Source of the DNA: an uncultured Spirochaetota bacterium
GTDB lineage: Bacteria; Spirochaetota; Spirochaetia; SZUA-6; Fen-1364
NCBI GenBank assembly: GCA_963781885.1
Contig: CAWAHW010000002.1
Span: 1,248,001-1,312,000, forward strand
Length of the DNA: 64,000 nucleotides
Direction: 5' to 3'
In this document: piece by piece, positions 48,479 through 57,135 of the stretch
Layout of the letters: each line of letters opens with the position of its first letter
How positions within the stretch are numbered: the stretch's first letter is position 1
The notes under the pieces: generated by a model
What the model was told of the DNA's origin: nothing
Seen by the model: the letters and a program-made list of their open reading frames with translations, nothing else
Database searches by the model: none
Program-made: the position numbers and the translations under genes

Positions 48479-50767
48479 ATGAGCCGCCCGGACCTCTCTG
48501 CCATCCTCCGCCGGGTCGAAAAGCCGGGCCGCTACGTCGGCGGAGAAATAGGTTCCATCGTCAAGACGGATGCGGCGCTCCGCGTCGTGCTTTCCTATCC
48601 CGACCTCTATGAAATAGGCATGTCCAATGCCGCCGTGAAGATCCTCTACGCAGGGCTGAACGCGGTGCCGGGCGTTTCCTGCGAGCGCGTCTTCGCCCCC
48701 GCTCCCGATTTCGAGGCGGCGCTGCGCGCGGCAGGGCTGCCGCTCTGCTCCCTGGAAACGGGGCGGCCCGTCGCAGAGTTCGACATCGTGGCTTTCTCTT
48801 TCGGCTACGAGCTTACGCTCACGAATCTGCTCGCCATCCTCGACACGGGGGGCATCACGCTGGAGCGGCGGAGCCGCGGCCCGCACGAGCCGATTGTCCT
48901 GCTCGGAGGACCCGCCGCGACGAACCCGGCGCCGCTGGGACGGTTTGTCGACGCGGTGTTCATCGGCGAGGCGGAAGGCTGGCTGGAAAATGCCTTCGGC
49001 GCCATGGCGCGGATGAAGGCGAAAGGCGCGGGACGGGACGAGCTTCTTTCCCTGCTGCGTGACGATCCTTCCATCTGGCACCCGGACAGGAAGGGCGTCG
49101 TACGCCGGGCGTACTGGCGAGGCTTCTCCGACGCCCCCGCGCAGGCTGCCTTTCCCGTGCCGAGCCTGCGGGTCGTGCAGGACCACGGCACCGTGGAGAT
49201 CATGCGGGGTTGTCCGAACGCGTGTCGGTTCTGCCATGCCACGGTCCTCTACAGGCCGGGCCGGCTCAAGAATGCATCCATCATCCGGGACGAAGTGCGG
49301 ACCCTCGTGGAGGAGGCAGGGTATCGGCAGATCACCCTGTCGTCTCTTTCTTCAGGGGATTTCCGCGACATCCATGGGCTCGTCCGCGATCTGAATGCCG
49401 CCTACGCCGCACGAAAGGTCTCCTTCTCGCTGCCCTCGCTCAGGGTGGATTCGCTGAGCCTTGCGCTCTTGAAAGAGATCTCGGAGGTGCGAAAGAGCGG
49501 GCTCACCTTCGCGGTGGAAACGGCGCGTCCCGAATGGCAGAAAGAGGTGCGGAAGCTCGTCACTCTGCAGAAAGTGATTGGCCTGCTGCAAGAGGCGCGC
49601 GCGCAGGGATGGAAGGCGGCGAAGTTCTATTTCATGGTCGGGCTGCCGCCTTCATTCGACGAGGACGAGGCAACGCCGATCGTCGAATTCCTCCGTGCCG
49701 TCCGCGAGGCCACCCGCATGAGCCTCAACGTGAATGTCGCCGCGTTCATCCCCAAGCCGCACACCCCCTGGGAGCGCGAGGCGCAGCTCGACGAGGTGCG
49801 CGCGCTGGATCGCATCATGGCCGTGAAAAAAGGTCTTGCCGGCGAAGGCTTCAAGATCGGCTATCACGCGCCTGTCCTTTCACTCCTGGAGGGCATCGTC
49901 TCCCGGGGCGCCGAAAGGGCAGGGGACCTCGTGCTGGACGCCTACCGGCGCGGCGCGCGCCTGGATGCGTGGGAAGAGCACATCAAGCTGGACGTATGGC
50001 GGGAGGCGATTGCAGCGGCAGGCTGGGACCCGATCGGCGAAACGTGCAGACCGCGCACGCGGGAGGAATCCCTCCCCTGGGAATCGATCTCCCTCGGCCT
50101 GTCCACGAGCGTGGTCGCGGAGGGGCCCCTGGCGCCTGCACCTGTTGCCGACAAGGGCAAGCCTGCGATCGAAGTTGCCACCCCGTCACAGGCGACGACC
50201 GGGACACGCGTCATTTTCAGCTACACAAAAAGCGGCCCGGCGGTCTACATCGCGCATCTCGACCTGATGACCGTCTTCGAGCGGGCCGTGGCGCGCGCGG
50301 GATACGCCGCCCGGTTTACGGAAGGCTACAACCCCAAGCCCCGGCTGGAGTTTGCCAATCCGCTCAGTCTCGGGCTGGGCTCGGACGAGGAGATCGCGGC
50401 AATCGACCTGCACGATTTCGACACGGGTGACGCCTTCAGGACGCGGCTGAATCAGAGCCTCCCGGAGGGCGTCCGCATCACGCGCGCGGAGACCATGGCC
50501 CCCGTCCTCCTGGGCGCGCGGCGGCGCTCGCTCATGGCGCTGTACGGGGGCTCGGACTTCGACGTCGTCGATGCGTCCGGAGGCGCGCGAAAGCTGCGCC
50601 TGCCGTCGACAGGGCCGTCCATCCGCAAGGCACTGGAGGCGGAGGGCACGTGGGAGAGCGCGGTCGCGCGGCGGACGGCGACGTGGGCCGTCGATGCGAA
50701 AGGCGCGCCGGTGAGCTACTTCGCGGCGCTCGCGGCATCCCCAGCGGGCAACGTCGAATCTTCCTGA
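48479..50767 (+). CDS. Radical SAM protein (TIGR03960-like) fused to a DUF2344/TIGR03936-like domain
   Basis: VEKPGRYVGGE, YPDLYEIGMSN, CPNACRFC, FIPKPHTPW; C-terminal YIAHLDL...FTEGYNPKPRLEFANPL. Confidence 0.9.
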   Translation: MSRPDLSAILRRVEKPGRYVGGEIGSIVKTDAALRVVLSYPDLYEIGMSNAAVKILYAGLNAVPGVSCERVFAPAPDFEAALRAAGLPLCSLETGRPVAEFDIVAFSFGYELTLTNLLAILDTGGITLERRSRGPHEPIVLLGGPAATNPAPLGRFVDAVFIGEAEGWLENAFGAMARMKAKGAGRDELLSLLRDDPSIWHPDRKGVVRRAYWRGFSDAPAQAAFPVPSLRVVQDHGTVEIMRGCPNACRFCHATVLYRPGRLKNASIIRDEVRTLVEEAGYRQITLSSLSSGDFRDIHGLVRDLNAAYAARKVSFSLPSLRVDSLSLALLKEISEVRKSGLTFAVETARPEWQKEVRKLVTLQKVIGLLQEARAQGWKAAKFYFMVGLPPSFDEDEATPIVEFLRAVREATRMSLNVNVAAFIPKPHTPWEREAQLDEVRALDRIMAVKKGLAGEGFKIGYHAPVLSLLEGIVSRGAERAGDLVLDAYRRGARLDAWEEHIKLDVWREAIAAAGWDPIGETCRPRTREESLPWESISLGLSTSVVAEGPLAPAPVADKGKPAIEVATPSQATTGTRVIFSYTKSGPAVYIAHLDLMTVFERAVARAGYAARFTEGYNPKPRLEFANPLSLGLGSDEEIAAIDLHDFDTGDAFRTRLNQSLPEGVRITRAETMAPVLLGARRRSLMALYGGSDFDVVDASGGARKLRLPSTGPSIRKALEAEGTWESAVARRTATWAVDAKGAPVSYFAALAASPAGNVESS

Positions 50768-51555
50768 GACTTCACGTCATTCCAGAGACTGTCCATGAGC
50801 GCAAGGCCTGCCTCCGCCGGTGTCAGGCCCCGCGCCGCACACCGTTTTTCCACCTCGCGGAAGCGGCGGTCGAACTTCGCGTTGGTGCGGTGAAGGGCGG
50901 TCTCGGGGGAGACCTTCAGCAGCCGCGCCAGGTTCACGACGGAAAAGAGAAGGTCGCCCACCTCCTCTTCGACCTTTCGCTCGTCAGGGCCTGCAAGCGC
51001 TTCCCGCAGCTCGCGAAGCTCCTCATCGATCTTCTCCCACACCGGCGCGGGCTCCGACCAGTCGAAGCCGACCTTGGCCGCCTTTTTTTGGAGCTGGAGG
51101 GACCTTTCCAGCGGCGGAAGCGACGCGGGCACCCGGTCCAGCGCCGAGACCGGCGCGGGCTCTCCACGGGATGCCTTTTCGTGCGCCTTGATGGCGTCCC
51201 ACTGCGCGAGGACCTCGCCGACGCTCTTCGCCGCGGAGGTGCCGAAGACGTGGGGATGGCGTCGGATGAGCTTGTCGGAAATATGGGCGAGCGTGGAGCT
51301 CACCGAAAAGGAGCCTTCCTGCTCCTTCATCCACGCCATCATCGTCACCAGCAGGTACAGATCGCCCAGCTCCTCTTCCATGTTCGCATCGTCGCCGTTG
51401 TCGATGGCGCTGATGCATTCCCACGCCTCTTCGAGAAGGCTGGACCGGAGGGTGCGCGGGCTCTGCTCCCTGTCCCAGGGGCAGCCGTCGGGGGCGCGCA
51501 GGCGCTGGATGATCGAAAAAAGCCTCTCGAAAGAGGCCGCTGTTTCGCTTGACAT
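50716..51555 (-). CDS. mazG: Nucleoside triphosphate pyrophosphohydrolase MazG
   Basis: LRAPDGCPWDREQ, EELGDL, KLIRRHPHVF, EEVGDLLF; start set after a TTGACA-17-GACACT promoter. Confidence 0.96.
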   Translation of the reverse strand: MSSETAASFERLFSIIQRLRAPDGCPWDREQSPRTLRSSLLEEAWECISAIDNGDDANMEEELGDLYLLVTMMAWMKEQEGSFSVSSTLAHISDKLIRRHPHVFGTSAAKSVGEVLAQWDAIKAHEKASRGEPAPVSALDRVPASLPPLERSLQLQKKAAKVGFDWSEPAPVWEKIDEELRELREALAGPDERKVEEEVGDLLFSVVNLARLLKVSPETALHRTNAKFDRRFREVEKRCAARGLTPAEAGLALMDSLWNDVKSQEDSTLPAGDAASAAK

Positions 51556-51614
51556 CGGCGCCAGTGTCGACGGCGTGCGCGGTCGTGTCAAGGATTGAAT
51601 GAACGTCGTCCCCG

Positions 51615-52769
51615 CTACGACTTGTCGCCGTGTGCGAGCGCGGACAGCGCGTGCACCAGGGCGTCGACGGTCTTCACCCCGAGTGGTTTCTCATTCACGG
51701 TCACGGTCGGCGCGTCGGAGCAAAGCCCCCGGCAGGGGACGAGCTCCAGGGAAAACAGCCCGTCCGGTGTCGTCTCCCCGTCGACGATGCGCAGCTCTTT
51801 CGCAATCGCCTCAAGGAACTCGACGGCCCCCTTGCGCGTGCAGTTTTCCCCGCGGCAGAGCGCGATGCGGTAGCGGGCCGGAGGATCCATGCGAAAAACA
51901 GGGTAGAAAGACGCCGTCTCCAGCACGCTTTCCCGGCTGATATTGAGGAAATCGGAGATGTGGCCGATGGAGTCGCGCGACAGGTAGCCGAAGGCCTTCT
52001 GCGTGTCTTCCAGGATCTGGACCAGGGATTCCCGTTTGGGCTGGAAGCGGGCGAGGATCTCGATGAGCTTCTGCGGCGGATTCTGGCGCGTCGCCGCGGC
52101 CGTCGTGCTGTCGCCGCTCTTTCGGCGCTTGAGGTAGTGCGACAGGATCGCCAGACCCATGGCGATGTTCTCATTGCGCACGATCACGTCGGAGGGCACG
52201 GCGAGCTGCGTGGGTGAGAAGTTCCAGATCGCCTTGATGCCGAGCGACACGATGCGGCCCGCCACCGACTGCGCCGCGTCCTTGGGGACGCAGACGATCG
52301 CGATGCCGACGTCGAAGCTGCGCACGACCCTCTGGAGCGACTCCATCGGCAGGATGGTGAAGGCGCCGAGCACGCTCCCCGTGCGGGCGGGGTCGTTGTC
52401 GAAGATGGCCACGAGGCGCAGGCCGTACTGCGCAAGACCCGGGTACTGGCTGAGCGCTGAGCCCAGCCGGCCGGCGCCGATCAGGATGGCCGTGTTCTCA
52501 TAGTTGATGCCGAGGAACTCCTCGATTGCCTTCTTGAGACCGAGTATCGAGTAGCCCGCCTTCGGCTTGCCCTTGTAGCCGATGAGGGAGACGTCCTTGC
52601 GCACCTGCGTGTCGTCGATGCGGAAGAACTGGGCGAGGTGCCGGGAGGAGACGTACGCCTCGCCCCGCGCCTGCATCTCGGCGAGGATCTGGTGGTAGAG
52701 CGGGATGCGCCGGAGCGTCTGCTCCGGGATGGGATGCTCCAGCGCCTCCAGGTGCGTCCCGTCGTCCAC
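51615..52769 (-). CDS. rex: Redox-sensing repressor Rex fused to a NuoE/HydC-like [2Fe-2S] domain
   Basis: IPEQTLRRIPLY, VSS..LA...TQVRKD, GAGRLGSAL, IWNFSP; then TQKAFGYL, ASFYPVF, CRGENC...CRGLCSDAP. Confidence 0.88.
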   Translation of the reverse strand: MDDGTHLEALEHPIPEQTLRRIPLYHQILAEMQARGEAYVSSRHLAQFFRIDDTQVRKDVSLIGYKGKPKAGYSILGLKKAIEEFLGINYENTAILIGAGRLGSALSQYPGLAQYGLRLVAIFDNDPARTGSVLGAFTILPMESLQRVVRSFDVGIAIVCVPKDAAQSVAGRIVSLGIKAIWNFSPTQLAVPSDVIVRNENIAMGLAILSHYLKRRKSGDSTTAAATRQNPPQKLIEILARFQPKRESLVQILEDTQKAFGYLSRDSIGHISDFLNISRESVLETASFYPVFRMDPPARYRIALCRGENCTRKGAVEFLEAIAKELRIVDGETTPDGLFSLELVPCRGLCSDAPTVTVNEKPLGVKTVDALVHALSALAHGDKS

Positions 52770-52776
52770 GGGCCGG

Positions 52777-54009
52777 CTACTTCGTGCTGACACTCTGAAG
52801 CTGTTCCTGGAGGGTGAGGCTCTGTTTGGCGGTTTTGATGTTGTCCGCCGCGGGCTGGTACTTCGGATCGAGCTGCAGCACCTGCTGCCAGAGTGAGATG
52901 GCCTTTGCCAGGTTGCCGTTGGCGAACTCCTCCACCCCCTGCAGGTACAGCGCATCCGCCTGCTGCACGCGCACCGCGCGACCGGAATCGCCGAGGATGA
53001 ATTTCGCCTGGACGCTGAACTGGTCGAGTGGGTTGAGTGAAGCGGCCAGATCGAGGTTGTAGTTCATCGTCAAGGCAAGGGTACCGAGGGTCAGCGCGGC
53101 GCCGATACTGATCCGGGGAGCATCCGCCTTCCAGAGCATGCCGCCCTGGATCGAGAGGAAATCCGTAATGGAGACGGTTGTGCCGGTTGCCAGGCTCCAA
53201 AGCTCCGCGGCCGGCTCCCACGAGAAGTTGAACGGATAGTTGAAATCAACGGCGACCGTCCAGGGCCGCAGCGGCGTCCACGAGAATCCAGCGGTCGCCA
53301 TCTTGGGGAGCACCTCATCGGGAAGGGTGGAGACGCCGACGTTCTTCACCACCAGGCCAAGGGAGAAGTTTTTTGTACGCGAATTGTAGAACTTCAGGAA
53401 GTTGAAGCTGGTCTGGGCGCCGACGTCGCCCATGAAGGCCATGGCCGACTGTCCGACCGAAAATATCGGCGGGATGCTGCGGTAGGCGATCTTCAGGTTC
53501 GCGCCCAGCGCAATGCCGTAGAAGTAATAACTGGAGAAGAAGTTGTAGGACATGTTCAACGTGGCGACCGTCTCCGATACATAGTCGCTTGCAACCGTCG
53601 ATCCCCAATCCCCGAACTGCGTGAAGGGGACATAGAGGAACTTGCCCCCGAAACCGATGCCCAGGTCGTTGAAACGCATTGTATAAACGACGCCCTCGAG
53701 ATTGGAATCCGCGATCCAGGCGTGGTGATAGAGGGCAAGCTCTGAGCTGTCCAGCAGGGAGCTCGCGGCCGGGTTCGAATCGATGAACCCGGCATCCCTG
53801 GCCATCGCGGCGTAGGCTGTTCCCATTCCCTCCGACAGGCCGCCGAGGGGAACAAGCAGGGTGGGAAAGGATGTCAACCCCGTGTTCATGTCCTTGAACT
53901 GGTCGAGAAAATCGGTCAATCCTGAATAGAGGTCGGCGCCGGTCGCCCAGACGGTGATAGACTGGAGGGTGAGAAGAAGGAAAATGGTGATCACCCTGCG
54001 TCGCAACAT
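52777..54009 (-). CDS. UPF0164/FadL-like outer-membrane protein with C-terminal TPR
   Basis: Signal peptide, GG..EGMG.AY.A...D...NPA motif, amphipathic beta strands, TPR LYLQGV...AISLWQQVLQLDPKY. Confidence 0.85.
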   Translation of the reverse strand: MLRRRVITIFLLLTLQSITVWATGADLYSGLTDFLDQFKDMNTGLTSFPTLLVPLGGLSEGMGTAYAAMARDAGFIDSNPAASSLLDSSELALYHHAWIADSNLEGVVYTMRFNDLGIGFGGKFLYVPFTQFGDWGSTVASDYVSETVATLNMSYNFFSSYYFYGIALGANLKIAYRSIPPIFSVGQSAMAFMGDVGAQTSFNFLKFYNSRTKNFSLGLVVKNVGVSTLPDEVLPKMATAGFSWTPLRPWTVAVDFNYPFNFSWEPAAELWSLATGTTVSITDFLSIQGGMLWKADAPRISIGAALTLGTLALTMNYNLDLAASLNPLDQFSVQAKFILGDSGRAVRVQQADALYLQGVEEFANGNLAKAISLWQQVLQLDPKYQPAADNIKTAKQSLTLQEQLQSVSTK

Positions 54010-54095
54010 GACTGCCTACAATTATATCTCGGAAGGGAGGGTTAATCCATAGAGCCGGGGGCTGACCGCGGCAGCCATTTCGCCGATACTATGAA

Positions 54096-57000
54096 GTGTG
54101 GGGTTCCGTGCGGACGCATAGCCTGAAATCCCGAGCGCTGTTTCTCTGCCTGGCACTCGCCCTGGGAGGAGCGTCGCCTCTGTACGCCGGCGGGCAGCCG
54201 GAGTCGCGTCTTAGCCAGGCGGAACAACTCATCCAGCAGCATAAATATGCCGATGCGCTGAAGCTCCTGGCAACAATCCAGAGGGAGAACCCCGAGCTCA
54301 TCGATGAGACCTCCCGGCTCATGGCGCAGGTCATGGCCGTAACCCAGAGCTACAACAAGTTGCTCACCCAGCTCCAGGCGGCGCGGGTCGCGGGTGATGT
54401 GCCGGCGATGGAAAAACTCGTGCCCCAGCTCCAGAAGATCGATCCCAGCCGGACCCCGGAAGTGGCAAAGTCGACGGGCCTCCTCGTCGGATTCCTCAAC
54501 CTCATGAACGGGGCGAAAGCGCTTCTTGCCGCCGGAAAACCGGCCGATGCGCTTGCACAGTACCTCCTTCCCCTCAGCGACCCGGCCCGCGCCGGCTTCC
54601 AGCTTCCCGAAAAGGAGTTCGAGGCGGAGGGCCACGGCCCGCTGATCGTCGCCACCGTGGCCCAGGACGTCGCCCGCACCCTCGCAACAGCGAATGCGGC
54701 GTTGAAGTCCGCGAGCGACATGGCGGCGGTCCCGACAAAGCTTGCCGCCTTTCTCAGCAACTCCCTGTCCGCGGACAGCCCGCCTGCATTCGATGCCCTG
54801 ACCGCTCCGCTCGCCACCTGTGCGGAGGCCGAGGGATCGGCGCGCGCCCTGGCGGCCTCCCTGCAGGACGTGATGCTCGCGCTGCGCAAGGAATCGGGCA
54901 CGAATAGCGATTCGCCGTATCTGCAGTATCTTGTCTGGCTCTGCAACGGACGCGACGGGACCCAGGAGGGGATCGTCAATTGCCTGCAGCAGCTCTGGCA
55001 GGAAAGCGCCCGGGCGGCAGCGGAATCCGTCGCGAAAAATGCCGGCCAGTCATTCGACGCGGCGCGTGCGCGCTACGCGGCAGGCGCCCTGGATGAGGCG
55101 GAAACGGCTTTGAAGAATGCGGCGATCCGCAACCTGCTTTCGGTCAAGGCGGCGGCGCTGGCCTCGGCGGCCCTGAAGACCTCGGCGGCTTCCGGGTGGG
55201 GGATGTCGCCGGACGATACGACGCGCGCCGCGGCCCTTGCCGCGCAGGTCTCCATGGCGCAGGAGGCGGTGGCGGAGGCCGGGGCCTACCTGCTCCTGAT
55301 CGGCTACCGACGAGACTTTGCCGCGCTGCCGACCGTGAGCTCCGATGCGCCCATCGATGCGTCGAAATCGGCTGCCGAGGTGAGTCGCCTCACCGCGGCG
55401 CGCGGCGCGATCGGCGCGCGCATCGACGACTCCGCAGCCCAGGCGAAGCTCTGGAACGCACGCGCCGCCGACTGGGAAGCCAAAGCGACGGCGGGCGCGG
55501 CATCCCCGCAGGCGGCGCCGTCTGCGCGCGGCGTGGCTGTGCTTTTCGATTCGTTCGTCACCGACGATCTGCAGACGCGGGACGTCTCCTATGCGCTGCG
55601 CGTCGCCGCAATTGGCGGGAACACATTCCCGTCGCGCCTGGCCGCGGCCATCCAGCAGCGCATGAAGGGGCTGGACCTGCGGGATGGAACCGTAAATGGT
55701 GAGGTGCCAAAAGTCAGCGCGCAGGTGGAAAAGCATCCCGACCAGGCAGTGCCGGTCCTCGATGCCGCGAGCGCCAGTCTCGATTCCCTCATCGCGGACA
55801 TCAACGCGCAGGAGCAGCAGCTCCAGGCGGAAAAGCCGTGGGTGACGTCCAGCCCGGGCTATGAGGCGCTTTTCAACGGGAACTCAGCCCGGCCCGGCGA
55901 CAACCAGCTTCTGGCCTCTGCGCGGGATGAGCGGGCCAATCTCGACAGCGACAAGGCCGCGGCGCTCACCCAGATCGACGACGCGGCGCTCGCGAGCCGG
56001 GAAGGGGACAACTGGTTCAACCAGGCGCAGGCGGCGCTTGCGAAGCGCGATCCGGACGGCGCCGAGTCCTTCCTGGAAAAGGCGGCAAGCAGCTACACCA
56101 AGTCGCTGGCGGAGGCATTCTCCGATCACGCCGCGACCCGCACGACCAACGACCAAGACGACATGGCCGCAGGGATCGTGAAGCTGCGCAGCGCGATCGC
56201 GGTCGCCAATGCGCAGAAGGCGATCGCGGCAGTCAACCAGCTCCTTGCCGCGAAGGATTTCCTCGGCGCAAGCGACGCGCTCGATGCCGCGGCCCGCGAC
56301 TGGGGGCAGAGCCAGAGTGAAACCTACCCGCCCTTCGATAGCCTGCGGCAGAACATCCAGAACGCCGTGGAGCTGAGCCAGGGACGCGACATCTCCTCCC
56401 TGGATCCCAAGGCCGATATCGTGAACGGCTTCATCAAAAGCGCCCAGGACAACCTGGCCGCCGGAAAGCTCACGGCGGCGACGCAGAACGTCAACGACGC
56501 GCTTGCCGTGGCCCCCAACTATGGGACGGCAAAGGTCCTGAAGCTCCTGATCCAGAAGCAGACGAACCCCGTGAAATTCCAGGCGGATGCCGCGTCGCAG
56601 ATGGCCCTCTACACGAGCATGGCAAAATCCGCGGTTTCGGAGGATCAGCGGACAGCCTACAACGCGCTCCTGGACTACTCGAAGCTGGATCCCGAAATTC
56701 GCGACCCAGCTTGCCCCGACGATCCTGGAGCTGGAATACCAGCTCAATCTCGTCCGCAGGCCGCCCACGCCCGCCCAGATCGGCCAGTCGAATGCGCTCG
56801 TCGCCCAGGCAAATGTGCGCCAGCAGCAGGGCGCACCGGATGCCTACCAGGCGGCGCTCGACCTTCTGAAACAGGCCATCCAGGTGGACCCGGACAATGC
56901 CGCGGCGAGCACGCTCTACGGCCAGATCGTGCAGAGGAGGGACGCGGCCGCGCCGGTCACGCTGTCGCCGGCAGACGCGGTGAAATACGCCCAGGCGCGG

Positions 57001-57135
57001 GACCTCGCCAACAGCGGCTCGTACCAGAATGCCTATGACCTGGTCATGGAGGTCTGGAAGACGCCGCGCAACCAAGGCTATGCTTCGCTGAAGCTTCTGA
57101 AGAAGAAGCTCGAGGTCCTCCTCAACCTGTCATGA
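54096..57135 (+). pseudogene. Large exported alpha-helical/TPR-like protein with an apparent +1 frameshift near the C-terminus (probably a sequencing error)
   Basis: Signal peptide and Ala-rich helices. The frames join if one C of CCC (56691-56693) is removed (KLDPKFATQL); the restored stop overlaps the next ATG (ATGA). Confidence 0.75.

Noticed and set aside
50716-51555. MazG as part of a toxin-antitoxin or anti-phage system
   Set aside because: It is the two-domain housekeeping form, with its own promoter and no mazEF or defence neighbours.
54010-54095. Rex operator in the divergent promoter region or upstream of the ADH gene
   Set aside because: No TTGTGAA-N4-TTCACAA-like palindrome seen by eye at either site.
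12460-56700. Programmed ribosomal frameshifting at the three broken genes
   Set aside because: No X XXY YYZ slippery heptamer or obvious stimulatory structure; a single extra base in a short run explains each case.
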